Origin: Balneolaceae bacterium UBA2956
GTDB lineage: Bacteria > Bacteroidota > Rhodothermia > Balneolales > Balneolaceae
DNA: 64,000 bases
Reading direction: 5' to 3'
NCBI GenBank assembly: GCA_002348545.1
Contig: DEBM01000013.1
Location: 52,345-116,344, forward strand
Shown here: positions 29,739 to 40,177 of the stretch, one piece after another
Layout of the letters: every line of letters starts with the position of its first letter
Position numbering within the stretch: position 1 is the first letter of the stretch
Program-made: the position numbers and the translations under genes
The notes under the pieces: model-generated
The model's database searches: none
Seen by the model: the letters and a program-made list of their open reading frames with translations, nothing else
Told to the model about the DNA's origin: nothing

Positions 29739-30833
29739 ATGACAAATCGTGATATCATGGTAGCTACTGTCCTAGGACTTTGTTTTGGATGCAGCACTCC
29801 TACAACTACAGAAAAATTGAATCTAACTATTCCAAAAAGTTATCTCGCATCAAAAACGCAGTATCCTATTTCAATAGATGGATTAGCCAATGAGGCGGCC
29901 TGGAATGATACAAAGTGGACCGATCTATTTATGGACATTCAAGGTCCCGATCTGGACACACCCTACTATGATACACGCGTAAAAATGTTGTGGGATATGG
30001 ACTATTTGTATATATATGCCAAGATGGAAGATGAGCATGTTTGGGGTGATATAGAGCAACGGGATGCAGTAATTTTCTATAACAATGATTTTGAAGTCTT
30101 CATAAAGCCTAATGAGTTTCAGCCTTATTATGTTGAGTTCGAAATCAATGCCTTGGGAACATTATGGGATTTATTTTTAGCCCGACCCTACAGGCGAAAT
30201 GGCCCTGTGTTGGACGAATGGGACGTGAAAGGGACTAAAATTGGTATTGATATACAAGGCACCCTAAATAATCCAAAGGACATCGATGATGGCTGGTCTG
30301 TTGAATTAGCCATCCCAATTGCACCCATCAATGCTATAGATCGGGGACATACTTTTGGCGAAGGGAGCGTCTGGCGAGTTAATTTTTCGCGAGTACAGTG
30401 GGACTACCAACTCAATGGTAATACCTATGAAAAAAGAACCGATAATAATGGCCGCCGTTTACCCGAAAACAATTGGGTCTGGAGCCCACAAATGGCTATT
30501 GATATGCATAGACCCGAACATTGGGGGTATGTATTTTTTATCGATAATCCTGTAGATAGTACCAAGAACACCTATTTGGATCAATCAATGACCAGCGCAT
30601 ATCAGCTTCTTTTTCATCTATACAGAAAACAACTTGCTTTACAGAACAACACCTCGAATAAGTCAGGCTCATTTCTAGTTAATGAAGATTCTAATTTTGA
30701 GGTCAATGGATATTTTTATGACGCTGAATTTTTACCCACTAACCTTGGATTTGAAATCATACTAGAAGACCGCTCGGGCACTAAATTGAGCATAAACCAA
30801 GATGGATACATAAGGAGTTCGTATGAAAAATAA
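29739..30833 (+). CDS. CBM9-like (carbohydrate-binding family 9 / DOMON-like) lipoprotein
   Basis: The lipobox is VLGLCFGCS. ISIDGLANEAAWNDTKW...VKMLWDMDYLYIYAKMED...NDFEVFIKP...YYVEFEINALGTLWD resembles CBM9-like modules. The track ORF uses a TTG at 29727. Confidence 0.55.
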   Translation: MTNRDIMVATVLGLCFGCSTPTTTEKLNLTIPKSYLASKTQYPISIDGLANEAAWNDTKWTDLFMDIQGPDLDTPYYDTRVKMLWDMDYLYIYAKMEDEHVWGDIEQRDAVIFYNNDFEVFIKPNEFQPYYVEFEINALGTLWDLFLARPYRRNGPVLDEWDVKGTKIGIDIQGTLNNPKDIDDGWSVELAIPIAPINAIDRGHTFGEGSVWRVNFSRVQWDYQLNGNTYEKRTDNNGRRLPENNWVWSPQMAIDMHRPEHWGYVFFIDNPVDSTKNTYLDQSMTSAYQLLFHLYRKQLALQNNTSNKSGSFLVNEDSNFEVNGYFYDAEFLPTNLGFEIILEDRSGTKLSINQDGYIRSSYEK

Positions 30834-31896
30834 ATTACTTTTAATGACACTTAGTCTATTCCTACTTAGTTGTTCTGCTGTTCGAGAAGATACTCAACCG
30901 GAAGTAGGCTCATTTATGGTTGCAGCTTGGACGGGCGGTGGCATTGCCAAAACAGAAGCGGAATGGAGAGAGAAATTGGCTAACTTTTCTGAGCATGGGC
31001 TTAGCGACTTATTCTTATCCGCTGATATTGAGGAAACAATTCAAGTAGTTGAGTGGGCACAAGACTATTCCATTAATATCCATGCATGGGTGTGGACCTT
31101 AAATCGCCCTGGTGATACTACCGCTGCAAAGAATCCTGAATGGTACGCTGTGAATCGAAACGGAGATAATTCATATGATTACAGAGCTTATGTTAACTAC
31201 TATCAATGGTTATCTCCTTTTTCGCCAGGAGCAAGACAATATGTTACTTCCAAAATGATCTCCTATGCCGATATTCCAGGCCTAACATCGGTACATCTAG
31301 ATTATGTACGCTATGTAGACGTTATTTTAGGAGCTGACCTACAACCAAAATATGATTTGGTACAAGACCGGCAGTTTGCTGAATATGATTACGGATATCA
31401 CCCCATTGCCAGAGAGGGGTTCAAAAAGCTGTTTGGTGTAGACCCAATGGATATGGAGCATCCCGAACTTAGTACCGAATGGCTTCAATATCGTTTGAAT
31501 GCGGTGACCAGCTTAGTGAATGAAATTGCCCAAGAAGTACACGAACGCAATAAACAACTCAGCGCCGCAGTATTCCCTTTTCCAGTGATGTCGCGGCAAA
31601 TGGTTCGTCAAGATTGGGCCAGTTGGGATTTAGATGTCGCCCTACCCATGCTGTACCATAATTTTTATCGACAAAATCTTGAATGGATTAAATTTGCAGC
31701 CGAACAAGGTGTCCGTGAATCACACGGACGTTTCGATGTTGTAGCAGGTTTATTTATTCCCGCACTAAGTCCCGAAGAGCTTCAAACCGCTGCACAAAAA
31801 GCGATAAGTGGAGGAGCCAAAGGTATCTCTGTCTTTGACGTTGGATCCATGACTCCCGATCATTGGGAGGTGTTAAAAAATCTATCCAAACAGTAA
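30823..31896 (+). CDS. putative TIM-barrel glycoside-hydrolase-like lipoprotein (GHL10-like)
   Basis: The lipobox is LFLLSCSA. IHAWVWTLN...PEWYAVNRNG...WLSPFSPGARQYV...SVHLDYVRY resembles the glycosyl-hydrolase-like 10 family. This is a weak by-eye call. It overlaps the upstream gene by 11 nt. Confidence 0.45.
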   Translation: MKNKLLLMTLSLFLLSCSAVREDTQPEVGSFMVAAWTGGGIAKTEAEWREKLANFSEHGLSDLFLSADIEETIQVVEWAQDYSINIHAWVWTLNRPGDTTAAKNPEWYAVNRNGDNSYDYRAYVNYYQWLSPFSPGARQYVTSKMISYADIPGLTSVHLDYVRYVDVILGADLQPKYDLVQDRQFAEYDYGYHPIAREGFKKLFGVDPMDMEHPELSTEWLQYRLNAVTSLVNEIAQEVHERNKQLSAAVFPFPVMSRQMVRQDWASWDLDVALPMLYHNFYRQNLEWIKFAAEQGVRESHGRFDVVAGLFIPALSPEELQTAAQKAISGGAKGISVFDVGSMTPDHWEVLKNLSKQ

Positions 31897-31924
31897 TTCA
31901 CACCCAATCTAATTCTTTAACGAA

Positions 31925-34900
31925 TCACCTTAACTTTTGTCCCGGAGTGTACGGTGCTCCTGCTTGCTGTACCTGGGTTTCATACTTCTCTAATTCAGAC
32001 CAAAAATCCTGCAGCGATATTTTAAATTGCTCAAATCCTTGTCTTGCCAAAATCACATTTGTATGGTGCGTTTGGGTCGGAGGTAAGCTCGTTTCAGAAA
32101 GTCCATACAGTACCTGATTCAAACGGCCTATTATAGCGGGTTCAACCGAAATATCTTTTGAACGGCGTATCCGGTCACCATAGAGCTGAGTGATGAGTTC
32201 CGCTTGCTGGCGTGTGAGTGCAGCTAATTGTTCGAAAAGCTCCGGGGCTAGGGTTGATGTTTGCACCAATGCCACTTCTATGTGGCGAAGGCGGTTAGAG
32301 GCTTCACCAAGTGAACTTCCAGCACTATTCATTTCACGAGATAGGTCGTTAAGCTCTTTATGAAAAGAAAATGTTTCCTCAAAATCTCGACCTTCTAGAG
32401 CAGGTATCGGTTTAACAATAAACTCCTGCACACTTCCTTGGGTTTCCAATTTTCCATTGTTTAGTACGTACAATTCTACACTATACATTCCTGGCGCGAC
32501 TAGTGGCCCTTGTGGAGTCCCTGCCCAAGGCGGGCGAAATCCTGGTATGGATAAACTGATGGGATCTGGTGCCGGAAAGCGCAGATCCCAGGTCGTCCGA
32601 TGAAAACCACGGCTTTGTTCGCCTTCTAACCATCGAACTGGTTCCCCTGAGGCATCTTTAATAAGTAACAATGTTTTTGGCGTATCCTCGAGTGCATCGG
32701 CCTGGAGTGTTTCCCACCCAGGAAAAGGAATATCTTTACCCTCCGCTTCTAATACTTTTACTTCAGATTGTCGCTGCTGAGCTGGCGTTTTAGGCAGGTC
32801 AGATAGGTAATAACTAATGGTCGCTCCATAGGGTGGATTGGGTGCACGGTACGCTGCAGAACCTTGAGAAGGCATTCCACTAGCTTGGAGTGGTGTTTGT
32901 TCGATATACCACCAAGCATCACGAACAGGAAAAATAGTATGGCTTTGATTCTCTGCCAAATCGGATATATACCGAAGTGGAGAATAATCGTCCAATATGT
33001 ATATTCCTCGACCAAAGGTTCCCCCGATTAAATCATGATCGCGCTCATGTAATTCAATATCACGATAAGATATGGTTGGAGCAGAAGCATTAAGCTTGAT
33101 CCAATTTTCTCCAGCATTATATGAGAAATACATTCCATTCTCAGCGCCAATAAACAGCAAATCTGACCGTACTGGATCTTGCTTAATGGACCATACAATT
33201 ACCCCCTTAGGAAGATCTCCAGCAATATTTTTCCATGATCTACCCCCATTAGTGCTCCTAAATATATAAGGTGTATAATCTCCTTCTTTATGCGCATCAG
33301 CTGCTACAAATACGGTTCGGTTGTCATATGAGGAAGCTTCAATATCATTAATGAATGACATGGGTGGCATACCTGGGAGCTCGGCCGCCTGAGTCCAGCT
33401 TTGCCCATCATCCTCACTGGCATGTATAATACCGTCGTCTGATCCGGTATAAAGTATCCCCGACTGTACCGGTGATTCAGCTATTGCCGTCAGAGTGGCA
33501 AATTTAGACATCGCCCCATTGTCATACAACGCACCAATTCCTGGCACTCGATCCTGCATAGGAAGTTCAAACGGATTGGTATTAGTGGTTAAATCTCCAC
33601 TGATGGGCGTCCAAGAGTCTCCACGATTCACGCTTTTCCACACTCGCTGGGAACCAAAATAGAGTGTTTTATTGTCATGAGGACTTATAATAATAGGCGC
33701 ATCCCAATTAAATCGTTCAGCTGGATCACCCGGCGAAGGCTGAGGCTGGATATCCATTAATTCCTCAGTTCTTCGATCCAAACGATACAACACCCCTTGC
33801 TGGATTTCCATATATACAATATTTGGATCAGTAGGATCGAAAGCCACTTCATACCCATCGGCCCCTAGTGGTACATACCAATCTTGGTTCCGAATGCCCT
33901 CTCCGTTCAAGGTGCGCGAAGGCCCAATTAGGGTTCCTAAATCCTGCGCTCCAGCCGCTACATTGTAAAAAGGCTCTGCTTTATCTACTCCAATTTTATA
34001 AAATTGGGCTATGGGTAAATTAGACAAAAATCTCCAGGTTTTCCCCTCATCAAAAGACTCATACAATCCACCGTCCGAACCCGCTAGCATATGCTCATGA
34101 TTTGTAGGATCTATCCATAAGGCATGATTATCACTATGCTTAGATCGACCCGTTTCTAGATAGTTGAAGGTTGCTCCGCCATCTCGAGTCACCTGATAAA
34201 ATACATCCATTTGAAACACCACGTCTGCATTAGTTAGAGAGGCTTCAATCTCCTGATAATAATGCGGCCCCGTACCCCCCGAGGTATAGTTATTACGCTT
34301 TTCCCAACTTTCTCCTTTATCTGTTGAACGGTAAAATCCCTTATTTGCTGGATCTGATTCTATTGTTGCATATACCAAATTAGGATCTGCTGGGGTTACT
34401 GCTAAGCCAATTTTTCCCATAACCGCTTTTGGTAATCCACTACTTAGCTTCGTCCATGTGCGCCCATTATCTATTGACTTATGAATTCCAGAACCTGGCC
34501 CACCAGCTAAAAAAGCCCAGGTTTTACGACGACGCTCATAAGTTGCTGCATATATTACCGCCGAATTTAATGGATCAAACTCCAAATCAGTTGCACCAGT
34601 TTTCTGGTCAATATCGAGTACCTGCACCCAATTTTCACCACCATCCGTCGTCCTAAAAACACCTCTAACGCCACCAGATGACCACAAAGGACCCTCCGCT
34701 GCAATCAAAACCACATCACTATCGTTAGGATCAATCAAAATTCGGCTAATATGATCCGATCCATCCAGTCCCATTTTCTTCCAACTTTTCCCAGCATCCA
34801 CGCTTTTATACACCCCATCACCCCAAGCCACATGACGACCACTCACATTCTCACCGGTACCTACCCAAATTACCTTCGAGTTATTAGGATCAATCTCAAT

Positions 34901-35236
34901 GGTTCCAATCGAATAGGACGTTTCATGTTCAAAAATAGCTTCCCAAGTTGTTCCATTATTAACCGTCTTCCATACACCTCCCGAACCTGCCGCAACATAC
35001 CAGGTCGACAGATCATTAGGATCCACCTTAATATCTGAAATTCGTCCCCCCATCGCCGCCGGCCCTATGCCTCTTAGCGGAATACTACTTGCTGCTGATT
35101 CATACAGCTCTTGAATACTCCGATCCCCGCTGGTCGATATAGACTGAGCCAAAGCTGAAAATGAGACAGAAGTAGTGAATAAAAGGCTTAGGCTAAAAAG
35201 AAGATGATTTTTTAGAATAGATATAAGATTTGACAT
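31925..35236 (-). CDS. BNR/Asp-box repeat, sortilin (VPS10)-like beta-propeller protein, exported
   Basis: 1103 aa with a signal peptide. There are at least 10 Asp-box motifs (SxDxGxxW): SVDAGKSW, TTDGGENW, SIDNGRTW, STDKGESW, TRDGGATF, SFDEGKTW, SVNRGDSW, SEDDGQSW, STNGGRSW and SYNAGENW. Confidence 0.8.
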   Translation of the reverse strand: MSNLISILKNHLLFSLSLLFTTSVSFSALAQSISTSGDRSIQELYESAASSIPLRGIGPAAMGGRISDIKVDPNDLSTWYVAAGSGGVWKTVNNGTTWEAIFEHETSYSIGTIEIDPNNSKVIWVGTGENVSGRHVAWGDGVYKSVDAGKSWKKMGLDGSDHISRILIDPNDSDVVLIAAEGPLWSSGGVRGVFRTTDGGENWVQVLDIDQKTGATDLEFDPLNSAVIYAATYERRRKTWAFLAGGPGSGIHKSIDNGRTWTKLSSGLPKAVMGKIGLAVTPADPNLVYATIESDPANKGFYRSTDKGESWEKRNNYTSGGTGPHYYQEIEASLTNADVVFQMDVFYQVTRDGGATFNYLETGRSKHSDNHALWIDPTNHEHMLAGSDGGLYESFDEGKTWRFLSNLPIAQFYKIGVDKAEPFYNVAAGAQDLGTLIGPSRTLNGEGIRNQDWYVPLGADGYEVAFDPTDPNIVYMEIQQGVLYRLDRRTEELMDIQPQPSPGDPAERFNWDAPIIISPHDNKTLYFGSQRVWKSVNRGDSWTPISGDLTTNTNPFELPMQDRVPGIGALYDNGAMSKFATLTAIAESPVQSGILYTGSDDGIIHASEDDGQSWTQAAELPGMPPMSFINDIEASSYDNRTVFVAADAHKEGDYTPYIFRSTNGGRSWKNIAGDLPKGVIVWSIKQDPVRSDLLFIGAENGMYFSYNAGENWIKLNASAPTISYRDIELHERDHDLIGGTFGRGIYILDDYSPLRYISDLAENQSHTIFPVRDAWWYIEQTPLQASGMPSQGSAAYRAPNPPYGATISYYLSDLPKTPAQQRQSEVKVLEAEGKDIPFPGWETLQADALEDTPKTLLLIKDASGEPVRWLEGEQSRGFHRTTWDLRFPAPDPISLSIPGFRPPWAGTPQGPLVAPGMYSVELYVLNNGKLETQGSVQEFIVKPIPALEGRDFEETFSFHKELNDLSREMNSAGSSLGEASNRLRHIEVALVQTSTLAPELFEQLAALTRQQAELITQLYGDRIRRSKDISVEPAIIGRLNQVLYGLSETSLPPTQTHHTNVILARQGFEQFKISLQDFWSELEKYETQVQQAGAPYTPGQKLR

Positions 35237-35486
35237 AAAATTAACTAATGGATTAATGGATTATATGCGATAGTATACTATCATGTATGAAGCTTTTCTT
35301 CAAGTCGCGAAGTAAATAAGTGATTTGATTATTTTTGCTTAAAGATCCACGGGTGTTAGAGATGAAATAGCTATTAAATAGTAAAGGGCACACCAAATAA
35401 TAACATAAATGATGGTTTGAACTCAATAGCATAAACATCTAATTTATGATAAAGTAAATTATTTTCTCAGTAATTATCCTAACCGT

Positions 35487-35858
35487 ATGATTCGGCCAAA
35501 AACTGGATTACTCTTTTTTTCTTGTATAATCGCCTTTTGTGGGTGTATTACCACTGAATACCTACCATATGACCACCTTTCGAGAGAAAGTAAACATGAA
35601 AGTTTTCTAGTCAAGATTTATAACCAAGAACAATTAAATGAAAACGAATATGAAATTATTGGTGAATTTTCTGTGGCAGGTTGTAGCTGCGAAATAGAGA
35701 AAATACTCAAAAAAATTAAAGACAGAGTAAGAGATGAGGGGGGCGAAGGTATTATTGATCTTAGTCTACTTGGTGGAGTAGGCGGTAGAATAAGCGCTGA
35801 CAATTATCTTATCACAGGGAAGGCTATCATATTTGTCAAAAACAAAGTTCTGCATTGA
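35487..35858 (+). CDS. small hypothetical lipoprotein
   Basis: 123 aa with a lipobox-like signal (LLFFSCIIAFCGC). I recognise no family. Confidence 0.5.
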   Translation: MIRPKTGLLFFSCIIAFCGCITTEYLPYDHLSRESKHESFLVKIYNQEQLNENEYEIIGEFSVAGCSCEIEKILKKIKDRVRDEGGEGIIDLSLLGGVGGRISADNYLITGKAIIFVKNKVLH

Positions 35859-36150
35859 TAGATTTTTTATCCGATTTCACTAATACAATAGCTCTGTTTT
35901 ACCATTCTACTTTGTGAATACTTAATTATTAAAAAGAATGATATTATTTATTTACTTTTGGGGTATTTTTTTATGTAGTTGGATCCTACATTGAGAGAAT
36001 GATGACATCTAGTTATGCTAAGGGATAATCTAATTACCGGACATCATGGATGCACTAACAAGTGTATCGGCAAAATTATCTCTATTGCTCTCATTTCATG
36101 CAAACAAAAAACCCTGAAAATCAATAGCTTACTGAAAAACAGGGTTTACA

Positions 36151-36226
<76 letters not shown>

Positions 36227-36281
36227 CTACCTAAAGGATGAAAAATATACACCCTTTAAATTGGAGAAACAATATACAACT

Positions 36282-37985
36282 CTAAGATTCCTTGATATCG
36301 CTCAAATGAATCTGTACAGAGGTGTTTCCATTCCAGGTATTTTCTTCCAGCTCATATGCGATATTAAATGATTTCTTATCGCGTACAATGGGCATTAAAT
36401 CATGCATGTTAAACCCAATCGCGTCAAATATAGGAGAGCCTTCTTGCTTTAATCGAAGCTTTAGATGTCCATTTCCAACTATAGTAGGAACTCCAACTGT
36501 GCTTAGCCCCTTACTAGTAAATAAAGGTTTGGTATTGTCCGGCCCAAATGGTTGAAACTGATGCAACAATTTCCAGAACTTACCATCAATCTCTGACAGA
36601 TTTATTTCCGCATCGACCAGTAATTCAGCCTCAAAGGAACTTCCCGATAACTCTTCCACTGCCTTACTATTCATTCGGTTTCGAAACTCTTTTAGCGCTC
36701 CATTCTTTAAGGTTAAGCCAGCGGCATATTCATGTCCACCAAATTGTTCTAATAGATCTTCGCATTCTAAAATTGCTTTATAGATGTTAAATCCACGAAT
36801 GCTTCTAGCTGAACCTTTAATCTTTCCATCAACTTCACTTAGCATAATAGTCGGTCTGTGGTACAAATCCACCAAACGAGAAGCAACAATACCAATAACA
36901 CCTAAATGCCAATCAGGATTAAACAGTACAAGCGCCGAGATCCGATCCATATTCAATTGCTCTTCAATCTGTTCTACTGCCTCATTCATTGTAGTAGTGT
37001 CGGTGTTGCGGCGTCTTTCATTAATGGATTCCAACTCACTAGCCATTAATTTAGCCTCGGGTTTATCTTTTGCAATCAGTAACTTTACAGCGGTGGAAGC
37101 ATCCCCCATCCGGCCCGCCGCATTAATTCGTGGACCGATAGAAAACACAATTTTTTTAGTATCTAATTCAGCTTGTGGCAGCCGAATAAGGTCCATCAAT
37201 GCCTGAATTCCCACTCTTGGATTAGATCTGAGTCGCTCCAAACCAGCCCACATTAAAATTCGATTTTCATCAATAATGGGTACGATATCTGATGCAATAG
37301 ATATAGCCAATAAATCCAAATAGTCATAGGCTATCTTCGCAGGAAGCCCTAGCCGGGCTAGGGTAGCCTGAATTAATTTAAAACCTACACCCGCCCCAGA
37401 TAATCCGTCAAAGGGGTAGGAGCAGTCTTCCCGTTTTGGATCCAATACTGCATAAGCATTAGGCAACGTTGCTCCTACAGTATGATGGTCACAAATAATT
37501 AGATCCATACCAAGGGCTTTGATTTCATCGGCTTCTTTGATGGCGGTAATTCCACAATCAACCGATACGATAACCTGTGCACCCATGTCGTATGCATACT
37601 GTACTCCCTCGGGGTTAATTCCATATCCTTCTTTAAATCGATGTGGAATATAATAGTCAACCACCACCCCAAATTCTTTCAAGAAGTTATAGACAATAGC
37701 TGTAGCGGTGGTTCCATCTACATCATAATCTCCATATACCAATACTTTTTCATTGGAACGAATAGCTAAAGAAAGACGCTCGGATGCTCGGTCCATATCT
37801 TTCATTAGAAAGGGATCATACAGTTCGTTTAGGGATGGTCTGAAAAATTGTTTTGCTCCTTCAAAGCTTGAGATACCGCGTATTGCCAATAGTCGAGCTA
37901 TAGACTCCGGAACATTCAGCATTTCCATTAAGTTGGATACAGCTTCCTTCTGCTCCAACTGTGTAATTACCCAGCGGAATGACAT
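36282..37985 (-). CDS. recJ: single-stranded-DNA-specific exonuclease RecJ
   Basis: 567 aa with DHH-family motifs VYGDYDVDGTT, VSVDCG and ICDHHT, plus DHHA1 GGHEYAAG. Confidence 0.9.
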   Translation of the reverse strand: MSFRWVITQLEQKEAVSNLMEMLNVPESIARLLAIRGISSFEGAKQFFRPSLNELYDPFLMKDMDRASERLSLAIRSNEKVLVYGDYDVDGTTATAIVYNFLKEFGVVVDYYIPHRFKEGYGINPEGVQYAYDMGAQVIVSVDCGITAIKEADEIKALGMDLIICDHHTVGATLPNAYAVLDPKREDCSYPFDGLSGAGVGFKLIQATLARLGLPAKIAYDYLDLLAISIASDIVPIIDENRILMWAGLERLRSNPRVGIQALMDLIRLPQAELDTKKIVFSIGPRINAAGRMGDASTAVKLLIAKDKPEAKLMASELESINERRRNTDTTTMNEAVEQIEEQLNMDRISALVLFNPDWHLGVIGIVASRLVDLYHRPTIMLSEVDGKIKGSARSIRGFNIYKAILECEDLLEQFGGHEYAAGLTLKNGALKEFRNRMNSKAVEELSGSSFEAELLVDAEINLSEIDGKFWKLLHQFQPFGPDNTKPLFTSKGLSTVGVPTIVGNGHLKLRLKQEGSPIFDAIGFNMHDLMPIVRDKKSFNIAYELEENTWNGNTSVQIHLSDIKES

Positions 37986-38162
37986 AGTTGTGGTTACCTT
38001 TATTTCTATTTTTATACATAAAAGTCACATTAGCTTTTATGCCAATTTGACCTATTCAATTTATATTAAATGAATTATACTTTATTCCACATTTAGATAC
38101 TAAGTAAACATTAAGGCTTTTTGGTATATTTATAAAAATAACACCATCCAATACTATCCTTT

Positions 38163-39272
38163 ATGAGCGACGCTTCTACATTGTTCGGAAAGGCAACCGA
38201 AATTTCTTCAGGGCTTTTTTATACTCCTGTGCACACAGCAGCTACGGCATCACATGAGCAAGTTGTTTATTTCAAGGATGAAAAAACAGGACTGCAAACT
38301 ATTATAGCCATTCATGATACGACTTTTGGCCCTTCTTTAGGTGGAACCAGAATGTGGCCATATCCTAATCTTGAAACCGCATTGGATGATGTACTCCGGC
38401 TTTCGAAAGGCATGACGTACAAGGCAGCGATCTCCAAACTTGAGCAAGGTGGAGGAAAGGCGGTAATTATAGGGGATTCAAGAACCGAAAAGTCCAAGGA
38501 GCTCTTTTGGGCTTTTGGACGATGTGTAGATTTCTTGAGTGGGCAATATATTACCGCTGAGGATGTAGGGATGAACGAAGAGAATATGGTATGGGTGCAT
38601 GAAGAAACCTCTCATGTCACCGGCTTACCAAAGCATTTGGGCGGTAGTGGTGATCCCTCCCCTTTCACAGCGCTTGGAGTCTATATGAGTATGAAGGCTT
38701 CCATGAAATACGCTACGGGTAAAAGTAGTCTAGAAGGAAAAAAAATCGCAATACAAGGAGCCGGTCATGTTGCATCCTATTTAGCCAAGCATCTTCAAAA
38801 GGAAGGGGCTGAACTCTTTATTTCTGACATTTATTCCGAAAAAGCCGAGCATTTGGCTGCAAAAGTGGGAGGAAAAATTATTGCACCGGAACATCTCCTT
38901 TCCCTCCAGGTTGACGTATTAAGTCCCTGCGCACTAGGTGGGGTTATCAATGACCAAACAATTAATAGTTTAGCCTGTGACTTTATAGTAGGTGGAGCTA
39001 ATAACATTCTCATGGAAGAAATACACGCTCAGCAATTGAAAGATAAATCCATCCTCTATGCTCCCGATTACGTTGTAAATGCAGGGGGCATCATTAATAT
39101 TTCAAACGAAATAGGTGGTTACAATCATGAAAGAGCAGAGACGCAAACCCGCGGAATTTATCACACCCTAATGGAGGTCTTTGAACATGCAGAAATTCAC
39201 AATCTAACCCCTAATTTAGCGAGTAATCAACTTGTAGAACAGCGTTTAGCAAACGCTAAAAAAGAATCATGA
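38163..39272 (+). CDS. Leu/Val/Phe dehydrogenase (Glu/Leu/Phe/Val dehydrogenase family)
   Basis: LGGTRMWPY, the catalytic Lys context KLEQGGGKAVI, and the Rossmann motif IQGAGHVA are present. Confidence 0.85.
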   Translation: MSDASTLFGKATEISSGLFYTPVHTAATASHEQVVYFKDEKTGLQTIIAIHDTTFGPSLGGTRMWPYPNLETALDDVLRLSKGMTYKAAISKLEQGGGKAVIIGDSRTEKSKELFWAFGRCVDFLSGQYITAEDVGMNEENMVWVHEETSHVTGLPKHLGGSGDPSPFTALGVYMSMKASMKYATGKSSLEGKKIAIQGAGHVASYLAKHLQKEGAELFISDIYSEKAEHLAAKVGGKIIAPEHLLSLQVDVLSPCALGGVINDQTINSLACDFIVGGANNILMEEIHAQQLKDKSILYAPDYVVNAGGIINISNEIGGYNHERAETQTRGIYHTLMEVFEHAEIHNLTPNLASNQLVEQRLANAKKES

Positions 39273-40177
39273 GTACTACTAAAGAAAATTTTTTGTTCAA
39301 AGACCGATTAGTTAAAGGAGTAACCAAAGACGGTCATTTCAAACTCTCCGTAGTCAAAACGACAGCGGTGGTCAATGAGGCTAGGGCTAGGCATGGATTA
39401 TCCCTTTTGGCCACCGTAATTCTGGGTAAAACACTTACCGCTGCCGCTTTATTAGCCTCTGAATTAAAAAATGAAGAACGTATCCAAATTCGACTCGATG
39501 GCAACGGTCCACTACAATATGTGATTGCAGAAGCTAATAGTTTAGGAGAAGTTCGGGGTTATGTGGGAAAACCAAAGGCCGAATTAGCCTATGATGACCC
39601 GAATGTTTTATTGTCTGATGGTATTGGGTTAGGCGTACTCAGCCTAACCAAAGTACTCTATAACGAGGCAGAACCGAGAACCAGCTCTATAGAATTGGTT
39701 GCAGGTGATGTAACCCGCGACATTGCCCACTATTTAGTACAATCCGAGCAAATACCTTCTGCGGTCATACTTGATGTTGGAATTACGGAAGACGGCTCCA
39801 TATCCGAAGCCGGAGGATTGCTTCTTCAACGCCTTCCGGACGCGCCAGACGGGCAAATTGATATGCTTCATGAACGTTTAGCTTCGTTTCAACCCATCGA
39901 TCAATTATTTTCGGAAAAAATATACATCGATGAAATTATGCATCGATCTGTGTCACCTATTCAGGTAAAGGAACTTAGTCGAAACTCTATTGATTTCTTT
40001 TGTAGGTGCAGTCGCAAGCGATTTCTAAATGCGTTGACTATGCTTAATCTTGAAGATTTAGAAGATATAAAAGACAACGATCAGGAAATCGTTTGTCACT
40101 TTTGTAATAACAAACAATACATCTCTGCTCAAGAAATCCGAGGATTGATAATAAAAGCCAAAGCGCATCGAAATTAA
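39269..40177 (+). CDS. hslO: redox-regulated chaperone Hsp33
   Basis: 302 aa. The C-terminal zinc centre is FFCRCSRKRF...VCHFCNNKQY. The start overlaps the upstream stop (ATGA). Confidence 0.9.
   Translation: MSTTKENFLFKDRLVKGVTKDGHFKLSVVKTTAVVNEARARHGLSLLATVILGKTLTAAALLASELKNEERIQIRLDGNGPLQYVIAEANSLGEVRGYVGKPKAELAYDDPNVLLSDGIGLGVLSLTKVLYNEAEPRTSSIELVAGDVTRDIAHYLVQSEQIPSAVILDVGITEDGSISEAGGLLLQRLPDAPDGQIDMLHERLASFQPIDQLFSEKIYIDEIMHRSVSPIQVKELSRNSIDFFCRCSRKRFLNALTMLNLEDLEDIKDNDQEIVCHFCNNKQYISAQEIRGLIIKAKAHRN

Noticed and set aside
25751-35236. Apparent elevated GC of the hydrolase block and BNR gene, suggesting an island
   Set aside because: Spot counts (28/60 and 34/60) are similar to core housekeeping genes (28/60 and 30/60). 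The real outlier is the AT-rich giant-gene region, not this block.
36113-36150. Possible terminator downstream of tRNA-Phe (aaccctg ... cagggtt)
   Set aside because: The 7-bp stem encloses a loop of about 23 nt, which is too weak to call an intrinsic terminator with confidence.
36784-37206. Long antisense ORFs inside well-supported genes: 36784-37206 opposite recJ, 27495-27911 opposite the serine hydrolase, 50611-51027 opposite the arginine deiminase-like gene, 49004-49336 opposite prfC, and 812-1148 opposite porX
   Set aside because: Each is fully embedded antisense in a CDS that carries strong family motifs. Their translations are low-complexity and rich in Ser/Pro/Ile, with no motifs. These are typical shadow ORFs.
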